A DNA stretch of 64,000 nucleotides from Polyangiaceae bacterium (GTDB taxonomy: Bacteria > Myxococcota_A > Polyangia > Polyangiales > Polyangiaceae), in NCBI GenBank assembly GCA_050287085.1, contig JBNKBE010000004.1, positions 128,288 to 192,287 on the forward strand, written 5' to 3'. The translations under genes were made by a program, and so were the position numbers. Below, piece after piece: positions 19,814 to 28,408 of this stretch (its first letter is position 1; every line of letters starts with the position of its first letter). The notes below the pieces were generated by a model that was not told where the DNA came from, searched no databases, and worked only from the letters and a program-made list of their open reading frames with translations.

Positions 19814-21358
19814 TCAGTACCAGCACACGGACAGACCGTCGAGCAGCCCCGCACCCCCACCCAGGTAGGGCCGGCACTCCCCCTCTTCGCAGGGGTCGTT
19901 GGGGGAACAAACGACGAGATCATAGAAGCCCATGTACGTATCTCGATCTGCGCATTCTTCCCGCGTGGTGCACGTGACCAGGTCGCGAACGGTGGCGCCC
20001 GTCACGTGGACGCAGCATATCTCGTCAGAATGGCAGTCACTGTGGGCATCGCATTCGACGGCGTCCGCCCCGTGCAGCGAGCCCCCCGCTTGGTGGCCAC
20101 AGGCCTCTGGTCCGTCGGTGGTGCAGAAGGGCTCTGCGCGCCTGGCGCAGCAGGTTTCCCCGGTATGGCAAACGACGTTGTAGCCTGCGTTGCAGGTGAA
20201 CGCGCCGCGCGTGTTGCGGGTGTCGAGGCAGTCACCCTCGTAGCAGAGAAAGTCACAGCTCGTATGTTCGATGACGCCTCGAACGCAGTGAGCGAGCACG
20301 CCGCCCTTCCACTCGAGATTCCAGCCATCCCACTCTGGGGGCTCACACCAGTCGGCGCTTCCAGGAATACAAGCCACACAGTCGCCTCCGTGGCATAGGG
20401 GCGCCGAGCTCGGGCAGGTCCGCGCGACCCAGGTGCCAGCGAGGCATTCGAGACGTGTGCCTTCGCCCTCACAACGCGTCGAGCCATTGTCGCACACGCA
20501 GCGCCCTTCCACTGCGTCGCAGAGGGGGGTTGTGTCCTCGCAGGTGGCTACAGCATTCCAGCTCCCGCTTTCGCATCGTTCAAGGCGTGGCTTGGCGAGA
20601 CCCTGGCAGCGAAATGTGCCCTCAGCGCATGCGCACGCGCCGGTCTCTTGATTGCAAATCGGCGTGTCGTTCGAGCAAGGGGCTTGGGCAACCCACCGGT
20701 CATCGCGGCACACTAGGGGTGTTGTGCCCGAGCATCGAGTGGACAATCCGGCCTCGGTGCTGCACTCAACACAACTCGATCCCTGGCATACGGGCGTGCT
20801 CCCCTCGCAGGCGCTGGCCTGGAATTCCCCGTATTCGTTGCAGGTCTCGACAGCGCTCAGATCTGCGGAGCACTGCTCTTGGCCCGCAGAGCAGGTGCCG
20901 CAGGTTCCGGTGGCCGTCAGGCACACCGGGCTCTTGCCCTCGCAGCGCTCGGCGAGTTCATAGCTTCCGTCGGCGTTGCACTCGTAGCTCGCAGCGCTTC
21001 GGCAGATCGGCGGCGACTGGCCCGGCTCACATTCTAGGCACCGCGTGCCCCCGCAGAAGGGGGTGTCTTTGGGGCAGGTCATCGTTTTCCATCGGCCCTC
21101 GGCACATACCCGCAGGGTTGCTGGATCAAGGCAAGTCTTGTCGCTGGGGGCGCACGTTGCGCCGGCGTCTCGGACCCAGGGCGTACCGGCGTCGCTGGGT
21201 TCATTGCGAATGCGGCCTGGGCCAGCGTCCGCGGCAGCGTCTGCTGGGGTGAGCGTTTCTGTCCACTCAAAGGGACCTGGATCGCACGCCAGCGCAGCCA
21301 GAAGCCCCAAGGGCCAGGCCGCGAAGGCCGGCAATAGGTGAAGGGAACGCACGCTCAT
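19814..21358 (-). CDS. Cys-rich repeat lipoprotein
   Basis: ATG 21358 overlaps the PAAR stop (ATGA); LAALAC lipobox; ~40-aa repeats C..G..C....L..C..G.W....C...TP.C. Confidence 0.8.
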   Translation of the reverse strand: MSVRSLHLLPAFAAWPLGLLAALACDPGPFEWTETLTPADAAADAGPGRIRNEPSDAGTPWVRDAGATCAPSDKTCLDPATLRVCAEGRWKTMTCPKDTPFCGGTRCLECEPGQSPPICRSAASYECNADGSYELAERCEGKSPVCLTATGTCGTCSAGQEQCSADLSAVETCNEYGEFQASACEGSTPVCQGSSCVECSTEAGLSTRCSGTTPLVCRDDRWVAQAPCSNDTPICNQETGACACAEGTFRCQGLAKPRLERCESGSWNAVATCEDTTPLCDAVEGRCVCDNGSTRCEGEGTRLECLAGTWVARTCPSSAPLCHGGDCVACIPGSADWCEPPEWDGWNLEWKGGVLAHCVRGVIEHTSCDFLCYEGDCLDTRNTRGAFTCNAGYNVVCHTGETCCARRAEPFCTTDGPEACGHQAGGSLHGADAVECDAHSDCHSDEICCVHVTGATVRDLVTCTTREECADRDTYMGFYDLVVCSPNDPCEEGECRPYLGGGAGLLDGLSVCWY

Positions 21359-21735
21359 GGGCCGATGAGAACGCTTGGGCAGCCGGCGATGACGCGGCCG
21401 CCTTGGCTCGTCGAATCGTTCTGCCGTGCTGCGGGCTTGCCGCCGATCAGAACCGACGAAGACCCTGTTATGATGGTGTCCTGGCCGTGGGTGCAGCCTG
21501 CCTGATCGCCGAGCCGCGCTGCGGGTTTGCCACATAGAAGAACGCGTGGGTCGCCCGTGAGCACGGGCCCTGCGCCACGCGGAACCGGGGTAGGGACCCC
21601 CAGCGGGCCAGATACGACGTGAACGCCACCGCAAGTGTGGGCGTCACCAACGCGAGCGGCTGGCCCGCTGCTGGAGGTGGCGGTGGCGGTGAGTAGGGCG
21701 GCAAGTGCAAGCCAAAAAACGTGTTTGGGCGTCAT
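21355..21735 (-). CDS. PAAR-domain spike-tip protein with N-terminal signal peptide
   Basis: Three PAAR motifs (GPAARVGD, KPAARLGD, KPAARQND), ends SVLIGP; N-terminus MTPKHVFWLALAALLTATATS; AAGGAAG SD. Confidence 0.93.
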   Translation of the reverse strand: MTPKHVFWLALAALLTATATSSSGPAARVGDAHTCGGVHVVSGPLGVPTPVPRGAGPVLTGDPRVLLCGKPAARLGDQAGCTHGQDTIITGSSSVLIGGKPAARQNDSTSQGGRVIAGCPSVLIGP

Positions 21736-21746
21736 AGCACTTCCTT

Positions 21747-22118
21747 TCAGTTCAGCTTGATGAGGCCGCCGCGTACCTCAACCAACGACTGGCCCCGGAG
21801 TTCAAGGGTGGTGCTGGCTTCGACCTGCAGCTTTGAGCCGGCGTGCAGCTTGGTTTCCGCACCGGACTCCACCTTGAGGTGTCGCCCAGCCTTCAGTGTT
21901 AGGTCGCGTCCGGCCTCGATGGTCAAGGAATCGCCCTGAATCATCAGGAATCGGCGCAGTGTCGCATTCTCCTCTTCCAGTCGAGCCACCCGACTCTGCA
22001 GGGCGACCAATGCCGGATCGGAGGGGGTGGGACGCCCAGCGATCCGCGGCGCCGCTCCGGCCACCGCCGCCGCTGCCAAGGCCAAACAAAAAGTTCCGAC
22101 GACTGCCGATCGCATCAT
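21747..22118 (-). CDS. Signal peptide + coiled coil + VgrG/gp5-like C-terminal beta-helix (mini-spike), 123 aa
   Basis: AGGAG SD before ATG 22118; MMRSAVVGTFCLALAAAAVAGA; heptad LVALQSRVARLEEENATL; seven octapeptide repeats ending GGLIKLN. Confidence 0.8.
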   Translation of the reverse strand: MMRSAVVGTFCLALAAAAVAGAAPRIAGRPTPSDPALVALQSRVARLEEENATLRRFLMIQGDSLTIEAGRDLTLKAGRHLKVESGAETKLHAGSKLQVEASTTLELRGQSLVEVRGGLIKLN

Positions 22119-22249
22119 TGACGTACTCCTCCGCTGGCCAACGTTCAGAAACGTTCGGCCCAAGGCCCCTAGGATACCCGTCAGAGGCAGGCTTGTGTAG
22201 CCCGCTCTCCAAGTAAGCCCCCAGCTAACGCCGAGAAGGAGGGCTACGC

Positions 22250-24025
22250 CTATTCGTCCGAGAGTGGGATCGGGATCCAGAACAGCTTGGCTTCGGTTTT
22301 GCGCCCGTCACGCTCGTAGCCAACAAGACCGAATAGGATATCCCACCAATGGCCGCGCCGAGTCTCGCCGAAGCCGAACGCGGGCAGGACGTGCACGCTC
22401 CAATTGTCTTTGCGCGTTGTCTTGCGCTCACGGTAGAGCACGTTGCCCATCAACTGGGTCAGGCTGTCGGGCCGCGCGAAGCGCCAGAATACCGGGAAGA
22501 CAACCGTCGTGCGCTCCGTGGGATCGTCGAAGTCGAAGAGAAGCGGCGCCAGCACGCGGTGCGAGCTCGTTCTGTCGCGCCCGAAGTAGGCGAGCGGAAA
22601 TAGGTTGAGGTTCCAACCGGTAATGCTCGTCTCGTAGTTGAATAGCGGCGTGATCCAGCGGCTGTGGGATAGACTGTGGCGCTTGAAACTGCCGTAAAAA
22701 GGGAACACAGCCCAGCTGTCTTCGCGCGGGCTTTGGTAGGAATAGTAGAACGGCAGGATCCACTTCTGGTCGATGCCTGCTGCCGGCTCGCGGTAGAGCC
22801 ACACCAAGGGCGAGAACATGTCGAGTTCTCGGCGTCCGCGGTGACGAGCGTAGCCCCACGTGGCAAAAGTCGTGTCGCCAGCTTCGCCCCGGCGGGAGAG
22901 GTAGAACGGATTAATGAAGAGCTCTGCCGACTTGTCCCAGCTGTAGTGAAAGAAAGGAAGCAGCGTCGTGCTGCGCCGATCTTTGCCCCAACTGCTCCAG
23001 TACAAAGGCATTAGGTGGAGGCTGTCGGCGTCGGGCCCGTGCTCGCGGTAGTACGGACCCCAGACATCGAGCTCGGTTTCAGCGTCGAGGTCGGCGCCGT
23101 GATAGTGCAGCAGCGGGGGGATCAGCCGGTAGTTGCTGGTGTCGTCCCGGCCGGCGAAATAGAAGGGCGCCACCCCCAAGTCTCGTTCGGTGGTCTCCGA
23201 CGAGAAGCAACCGTCACCCTTCTTCCAGGAACAGAAGCCTGGACCAAAGAGGTTGAGACCCCCCTCCGCGTCCTGGCTCATGTAGGTGAGCAGGGGCGGT
23301 ATAACTGCGTAGCCACCATCTGGGCGCGTGCCGAAAAAGTAGAGGGGAGCCAGCCAATCATCGCTCTTGCCCTGGCCGCGCCGATTCAGGAATGGACCGA
23401 CGAGGGTCGTGCGACTCTCGGCGTCACGCAGATTCCAAAAAACGGGGAAGACGATATCGTCAGCTCGCTCAGCGCTGCGGCGGTTGTAATACAGCCCGCC
23501 CCATAGCGAGGCTCTGTCGGGGACCGCTGGATCAGCCAGGCTTGGCTGCTGACGCTCAAACCACAAGGGAAATGCGGTACGCAGCTGATAGCTACCGCTC
23601 TTCTCCTGGTAGTACAGCCCGTAGAAGTCGCGCTCCGCAAACCCGCTCCGGCCCCGCTCGGCGTTGTTGTCGACGGTATCTGTGCCAAGCTGAGCGAGCA
23701 GCTCATCGCTCAAGGCCAAAGGATCCGCCGGCAAGCTCGGCTCACTGCCTTCGGGCAGCGTCGTTTGCCCGCTGCCGGATGCGGCGTGCAGTTCTGGGGT
23801 TCCCGGGGGCGCTTTGCTCTGACCTTTCCCCTTGGAGGGGCGCGCCGAACCACCGCCCGGACTTGCCAAGGGATCTTGCCCAAGGCCCGCGCCTCCAATC
23901 CCGCGATTGAAGGGGTCGTTTTGAGCCCAGGCTTGGGCTTGGGGAAGCAAGGCCCAAACCAGAGCCGACGCTGCCACGCGACAACACGCCCACCGGGAAC
24001 GCCGCAGTCGGCGGTGCTTCACCAC
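22250..24025 (-). CDS. Exported aromatic-rich beta-repeat protein of unknown function
   Basis: Signal peptide ending AQAWA-Q; many ~16-20-aa repeats with xP(L/F/V)(F/Y)(W/F/Y) cores; ends KLFWIPIPLSDE. Confidence 0.75.
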   Translation of the reverse strand: MVKHRRLRRSRWACCRVAASALVWALLPQAQAWAQNDPFNRGIGGAGLGQDPLASPGGGSARPSKGKGQSKAPPGTPELHAASGSGQTTLPEGSEPSLPADPLALSDELLAQLGTDTVDNNAERGRSGFAERDFYGLYYQEKSGSYQLRTAFPLWFERQQPSLADPAVPDRASLWGGLYYNRRSAERADDIVFPVFWNLRDAESRTTLVGPFLNRRGQGKSDDWLAPLYFFGTRPDGGYAVIPPLLTYMSQDAEGGLNLFGPGFCSWKKGDGCFSSETTERDLGVAPFYFAGRDDTSNYRLIPPLLHYHGADLDAETELDVWGPYYREHGPDADSLHLMPLYWSSWGKDRRSTTLLPFFHYSWDKSAELFINPFYLSRRGEAGDTTFATWGYARHRGRRELDMFSPLVWLYREPAAGIDQKWILPFYYSYQSPREDSWAVFPFYGSFKRHSLSHSRWITPLFNYETSITGWNLNLFPLAYFGRDRTSSHRVLAPLLFDFDDPTERTTVVFPVFWRFARPDSLTQLMGNVLYRERKTTRKDNWSVHVLPAFGFGETRRGHWWDILFGLVGYERDGRKTEAKLFWIPIPLSDE

Positions 24026-24198
24026 CCGTGGGGCTCCGAGCCAAAGTCGTGGGTGCAGGATGCTGTCACAGGGCCTCGAACGAGCATGCGCTTATCGTTT
24101 GCGAGGGCACGTTGGTCAAGCGTTCGCTCCCCGGCGTCCGGAAGCTTTCTGGTCAATTGGCCAGCCGTCGTGGGTGTGCTACGCAGCGGCCTTCAGAC

Positions 24199-24624
24199 GT
24201 GAGAGTCGCTGGAATTGACTATGGCCGTGCGCGCGTGGGCGTTGCAGTGAGCGACGAGCTGGGCTTGTTGGCGCATCCGAGACCCTATCTCGACGCTGGC
24301 AGCTTGAAGCTCGTGCTCTCACAGCTACGCGTGCTTGCGCGCGAAGAACAGCTGGAGCGCTTCATCGTGGGGCTGCCCCGCAGGCTCAATGGGCGCGAAG
24401 GGGCTTCCGCTCGGCGGGTGCGGCGTTTCGCGGAGTTGCTCGGCAGCGAAACGGGCGTTCCCGTTACATTGGTCGACGAGTGGCTGTCCACCCGCGAGGC
24501 TCAGGCGCGACTGCACGAGGGAGGCCTCGACGAAAGGGCGTCGCGGGCTCGGATCGATAGTGCGTCTGCGGCGGTCATCTTGCAGAGCTGGCTCTCCCAG
24601 CAACAGCGCGAAGGTGGCGAGTAA
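24199..24624 (+). CDS. yqgF: YqgF/RuvX pre-16S rRNA nuclease
   Basis: GIDYGRARVGVAVSD, VGLP, VDEWLST, IDSASAAVILQ; GTG start 24199. Confidence 0.93.
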   Translation: MRVAGIDYGRARVGVAVSDELGLLAHPRPYLDAGSLKLVLSQLRVLAREEQLERFIVGLPRRLNGREGASARRVRRFAELLGSETGVPVTLVDEWLSTREAQARLHEGGLDERASRARIDSASAAVILQSWLSQQQREGGE

Positions 24625-25807
24625 GCGCGGCGCGCGCGTCCGTAGCGCACCACAACCGCGCGCGCGGCGCGCGCGGACAGCGGCCTCATCCAAGCGGCGG
24701 CTGCGTCCCCTCCGGCTGATTGGGCGATGGGGACTTGCGGCGCTCATCTTTCCCTCCGTGGCGTGGGGGGCGCTTCTTTTCTGGGGTCAGCGGGCACCCT
24801 CCCAAGCTGCCAGCGCCGGTGAGCATCACGAGCTTGTCCTCTTGGAAGGTGGCACGTACGCCGCGGGCCAGGCGCTAGCGATGCGGGGCTGGATTGCGAG
24901 CCCTTGGTTGTTCCAAGCCTACGCGCTGCTCGTGGAGCCTTGGCAGAGGCCGACGCCCGGACGCCATTGGATATCTGCTGAACGCTCGCCGAGCGCTTGG
25001 TTGCGGTTGCTTTCGCGCGGTCGCGGACGGCCAGCGCGGCGTGTTCTGCTGCCCGAAGGGGAGAATCTATTCGAGGTGGCGGCGCGCCTCGCACGCGCCG
25101 GGATCTGCTCTGAAGCCGCCTTTGTCGAAGTCGCCCTGGGCGCAGCACCTCCGGCAACGTCGGCGGAGGGATACCTTTACCCGGCAACCTACGAGTTTTG
25201 GGAGAACACGCCGCCGGAGCGAGTTGCCGGCCGCTTGCGGGCGGAAGCTGAACGCCGATTTGAGCTCTTGTTCAAGGAACAGCAGGTGGCGGCGGCAGCG
25301 GTGCAGCGTCAGCTTGGCTTGACCCGGCGGGAGCTTGTCGTGTTGGCTTCGATGGTGGAGGAGGAGGCGCACCGTCCGGACGAGATGGGGCGCATCGCGC
25401 GGGTCTTTCTCAATCGTCTGAGCGATCCTGAGTTTCGTCCGCGGCGTATGTTGCAGAGCGACCCCACCGCCGGGTACGGGTGCCGTCTGAAGCCAGAGCT
25501 GTCGAGCTGCGCGGCATTCAACGGACGCATCACCCCACAACTCTTGCGCGACGCGCTGAACCCCTACAACACCTACCGTCATCCGGGGCTGCCGCCTGGA
25601 CCGATCACGTCGCCCAGCGTGCGGGCGCTGCGCGCGGTAGTGCTCGCGCCGGAGGACTCCGCGCTCTTTTTTGTCGCGAACGGCCAGGGCGGACACCACT
25701 TCAGTCGCACCTTGAGCGAACATCGCTTGGCGACGCGGCGGGCGAAGGCGAGCGAGTCCGCCGGGGCAACAGGCGCTTCCGTCACTCCGTCCGCGGGCAC
25801 CGAATGA
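24614..25807 (+). CDS. mltG: Endolytic transglycosylase MltG
   Basis: LPEG, EGYLYPATY, LASMVEEEA, VFLNRL, LQSDPT, YNTY..PGLPPGPI, LFFVA. Confidence 0.92.
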   Translation: MASKRGARVRSAPQPRARRARTAASSKRRLRPLRLIGRWGLAALIFPSVAWGALLFWGQRAPSQAASAGEHHELVLLEGGTYAAGQALAMRGWIASPWLFQAYALLVEPWQRPTPGRHWISAERSPSAWLRLLSRGRGRPARRVLLPEGENLFEVAARLARAGICSEAAFVEVALGAAPPATSAEGYLYPATYEFWENTPPERVAGRLRAEAERRFELLFKEQQVAAAAVQRQLGLTRRELVVLASMVEEEAHRPDEMGRIARVFLNRLSDPEFRPRRMLQSDPTAGYGCRLKPELSSCAAFNGRITPQLLRDALNPYNTYRHPGLPPGPITSPSVRALRAVVLAPEDSALFFVANGQGGHHFSRTLSEHRLATRRAKASESAGATGASVTPSAGTE

Positions 25808-25930
25808 GCTAGACCAGGGGCTCCCAGCCCGCTCGCCTCGGTCCTGCTGTTGCCCGCGCCTCCGCTGGGCGTGAGGGCGCTCTGGCCGTTTCGGTTGAAA
25901 GCGCTGCGCAGGTGTACTACTAGCGAGCCC

Positions 25931-27895
25931 ATGAGCGCGTTCGAAACCGCCGTAAAGACAATACAGTTCTTGGCCGCTGATGCGGTCCAGCAGGCCAACT
26001 CCGGTCACCCTGGCACGCCGATGGCGCTGGCTGGGATCACGACCGAAATCTTCAGCGAGCACCTGCGCTACCAGCCGGAAGATCCGAGCTGGCCCAATCG
26101 CGATCGCTTCGTGCTGTCGTGTGGCCACGCTTCCATGTTGCTGTACTCGGTGCTCCACCTCGCGGGCTACCCGGTGAGCAAAGACGATCTGGTCAACTTT
26201 CGGCAGCTGGATAGCAAGACGCCGGGGCATCCGGAGTTCGGCCACACTGTGGGGGTTGAGACCACGACCGGACCCCTCGGGCAGGGCGTGAGTACGGCGG
26301 TAGGTATGGCGCTTTCGGCGCGTCTCGGTGCCGCTCGCGTTGGGCCGGAGCTGCTCGACTATCGGGTTTACGTGCTGGCCTCGGATGGCGACCTGATGGA
26401 AGGCGTGGCGTCCGAGGCAGCGAGCCTGGCAGGTCATTGGGGCCTCGGCAATTTGATCGTTGTCTACGACGCAAACAACATCACGATCGATGGCAAGGCC
26501 GAGGTCGCCTTCAGCGAGGATGTGGGAAAGCGCTTCGAGGCTTATGGCTGGGGGGTGCAACAGGTCGATGGACACGCCCCGGAGCAGGTTCATGCGGCGA
26601 TTGAGGCGGCCAAGGCAGATGCCGGGCGCCCGTCGTTGATCGTGGCGAAAACCCGGATCGGAATTGGCTGTCCGACCAAAGAGAATACGTCGGCGGCCCA
26701 CGGTTCCCCGCTGGGTCGTGATGAGATCAACGCGGCCAAAGCTGCAGCAGGTTGGCCGCAAGAGGAATTTGTCGTGCCCAAGGAGGCGTATGCTCCGTTC
26801 GAGGCGCGACGGGCGGCGGTCAAGGCGGAATACGACGCGTGGCAGGCCCGTCGCGCGGCGCTGAGCGGTGAAGCGCTGGCGACCTGGGAGAGCCTGTTCG
26901 AGCAACACGCGCCCTCCGATCTGTATGAACGCCTCTTGGCGGCTGCCCACAAGGAGACCAAGGCGATGGCCACCCGTGCCAGCGGCAGCTTGGTGGAGCA
27001 GGTTGCGGCTTCGTGTATTGCGTCGCTGGTGAGCGGCTCGGCCGATCTCAACGCGTCCACCAAGACCGACATTACGGGCGGCGGGTACGTGACGCGCGAG
27101 GACTTTTCTGGTCGCAATCTACGCTACGGGATCCGCGAGCACGCGATGGGCGCTATCGCCACCGGGATCGCGTTGAGCGGGTTCATACCGGTGACCTCCA
27201 CCTTCCTGATCTTCAGCGAGTACATGCGCCCGCCGATTCGGCTTGCAGCCATGATGGAGCTGCAGAGCGTGTACGTGTTCACCCATGATTCGTTTTTCGT
27301 CGGAGAGGACGGCCCAACACACCAGCCCGTTGAGCAGGTCAGCGCGCTGCGCCTGATTCCCAACGTAGACGTCATGCGTCCAGCTGACGTCGTGGAGTGT
27401 GCTGTCGCTTGGGCACACGCTCTGGAACGAAAAGACGGCCCGACCGTGTTGGCGCTGACCCGTCAGAATCTCCCGTATCTGTCGCGGCCCGAGAGTCTCT
27501 CGCCCGAGACCATGCGACGCGGTGGCTACGTCTTGCGTGATGCGGAGGAGCCGACGTTGGTGTTGATGGCGACGGGCAGTGAAGTGTGGGTGGCAGTGGA
27601 AGCCGCCGCGCTCTTGGAAGAGGCCGGCCACCGCGTCCGCGTGGTTTCCATGCCCTGTTTGGATGTGTTCTTGCGTGAGCCCGCCGAGTACCAGAAGCAG
27701 GTTCTCGGGACGGCGCCGCGGATCTCCCTGGAGGCCGGCTCCACGCACTTGTGGAAGGGCGTCGTAGGACTGGATGGACTCTGCATCGGGCTCGACCACT
27801 ACGGCGCCTCCGCGCCAGCGGAGCAGTTGCAGGAGCGATTTGGCCTCACGCCAGCCCAGGTGGCGGCGCGGGTACGCGAAGCGTTTCCCGCATGA
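25931..27895 (+). CDS. tkt: Transketolase
   Basis: [45 protein letters not shown]. Confidence 0.97.
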   Translation: MSAFETAVKTIQFLAADAVQQANSGHPGTPMALAGITTEIFSEHLRYQPEDPSWPNRDRFVLSCGHASMLLYSVLHLAGYPVSKDDLVNFRQLDSKTPGHPEFGHTVGVETTTGPLGQGVSTAVGMALSARLGAARVGPELLDYRVYVLASDGDLMEGVASEAASLAGHWGLGNLIVVYDANNITIDGKAEVAFSEDVGKRFEAYGWGVQQVDGHAPEQVHAAIEAAKADAGRPSLIVAKTRIGIGCPTKENTSAAHGSPLGRDEINAAKAAAGWPQEEFVVPKEAYAPFEARRAAVKAEYDAWQARRAALSGEALATWESLFEQHAPSDLYERLLAAAHKETKAMATRASGSLVEQVAASCIASLVSGSADLNASTKTDITGGGYVTREDFSGRNLRYGIREHAMGAIATGIALSGFIPVTSTFLIFSEYMRPPIRLAAMMELQSVYVFTHDSFFVGEDGPTHQPVEQVSALRLIPNVDVMRPADVVECAVAWAHALERKDGPTVLALTRQNLPYLSRPESLSPETMRRGGYVLRDAEEPTLVLMATGSEVWVAVEAAALLEEAGHRVRVVSMPCLDVFLREPAEYQKQVLGTAPRISLEAGSTHLWKGVVGLDGLCIGLDHYGASAPAEQLQERFGLTPAQVAARVREAFPA

Positions 27896-28006
27896 GTGCA
27901 GGTCCCCTCGCGGGCGATTCACGCGGGGGGCTGACATCAGGTTGCGGTGCTGGGGTAGGTCTGGTCCTGGCGCCGTTTGAGATTTCGGTCTACAGTGGGG
28001 CTCCCC

Positions 28007-28327
28007 ATGGCGCAGGATAACTCGTTGCCGCTGGTGTTGATTCCACACCCCCATGTTCGTGTGGACCGCAACGTGCTGGCGGGCAGCCCCTATGTCGTGG
28101 GCTCGCGCGTTCCAGTGCGGCGCTTGTGGTCGTTCTATCAAAGCGGAGCTTCGGTCGAAGTGTTGATCAAGCGTTACCCTCGTCTCGGGGCCGGTAAGAT
28201 CTTCGACGCCTTGGCGTTCGCGTTTGACAACGAAGAAGTGATTCGGCGCGATATCGAGCGCGAGCGCTCCCTGCTGCAAGCGGAATCGCCACCGCCGGAT
28301 CGGCAGATCTCGTTGTTTGAGGAATAG
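28007..28327 (+). CDS. DUF433-domain protein (VapB45-like antitoxin/DNA-binding)
   Basis: VLAGSPYVVGSRVPV..GASVEVLIKRYPRL..IFDALAF. Confidence 0.85.
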   Translation: MAQDNSLPLVLIPHPHVRVDRNVLAGSPYVVGSRVPVRRLWSFYQSGASVEVLIKRYPRLGAGKIFDALAFAFDNEEVIRRDIERERSLLQAESPPPDRQISLFEE

Positions 28328-28408
28328 GCCCCGCCACTCGGCCCGGGTGATGCCGGGCGGCGCTGGGGTTGGGCCGGGCGGTAGAGACGGGACTGCGGGG
28401 AAGCAGGC

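Noticed and set aside
19814..21634. 606-aa version of the Cys-rich ORF overlapping PAAR
   Set aside because: The extension is an alternate-frame read of the PAAR gene; ATG 21358 gives a proper lipoprotein signal and an ATGA overlap.
19814..24025. Canonical T6SS or eCIS locus
   Set aside because: No tube, sheath, baseplate, ATPase or full-length VgrG gene in the window, and the components carry signal peptides.
25067..26950. 627-aa antisense ORF (likewise 8776-9816, 27119-28279, 16467-17621 and similar)
   Set aside because: Shadow ORFs opposite well-supported genes, expected in high-GC DNA.
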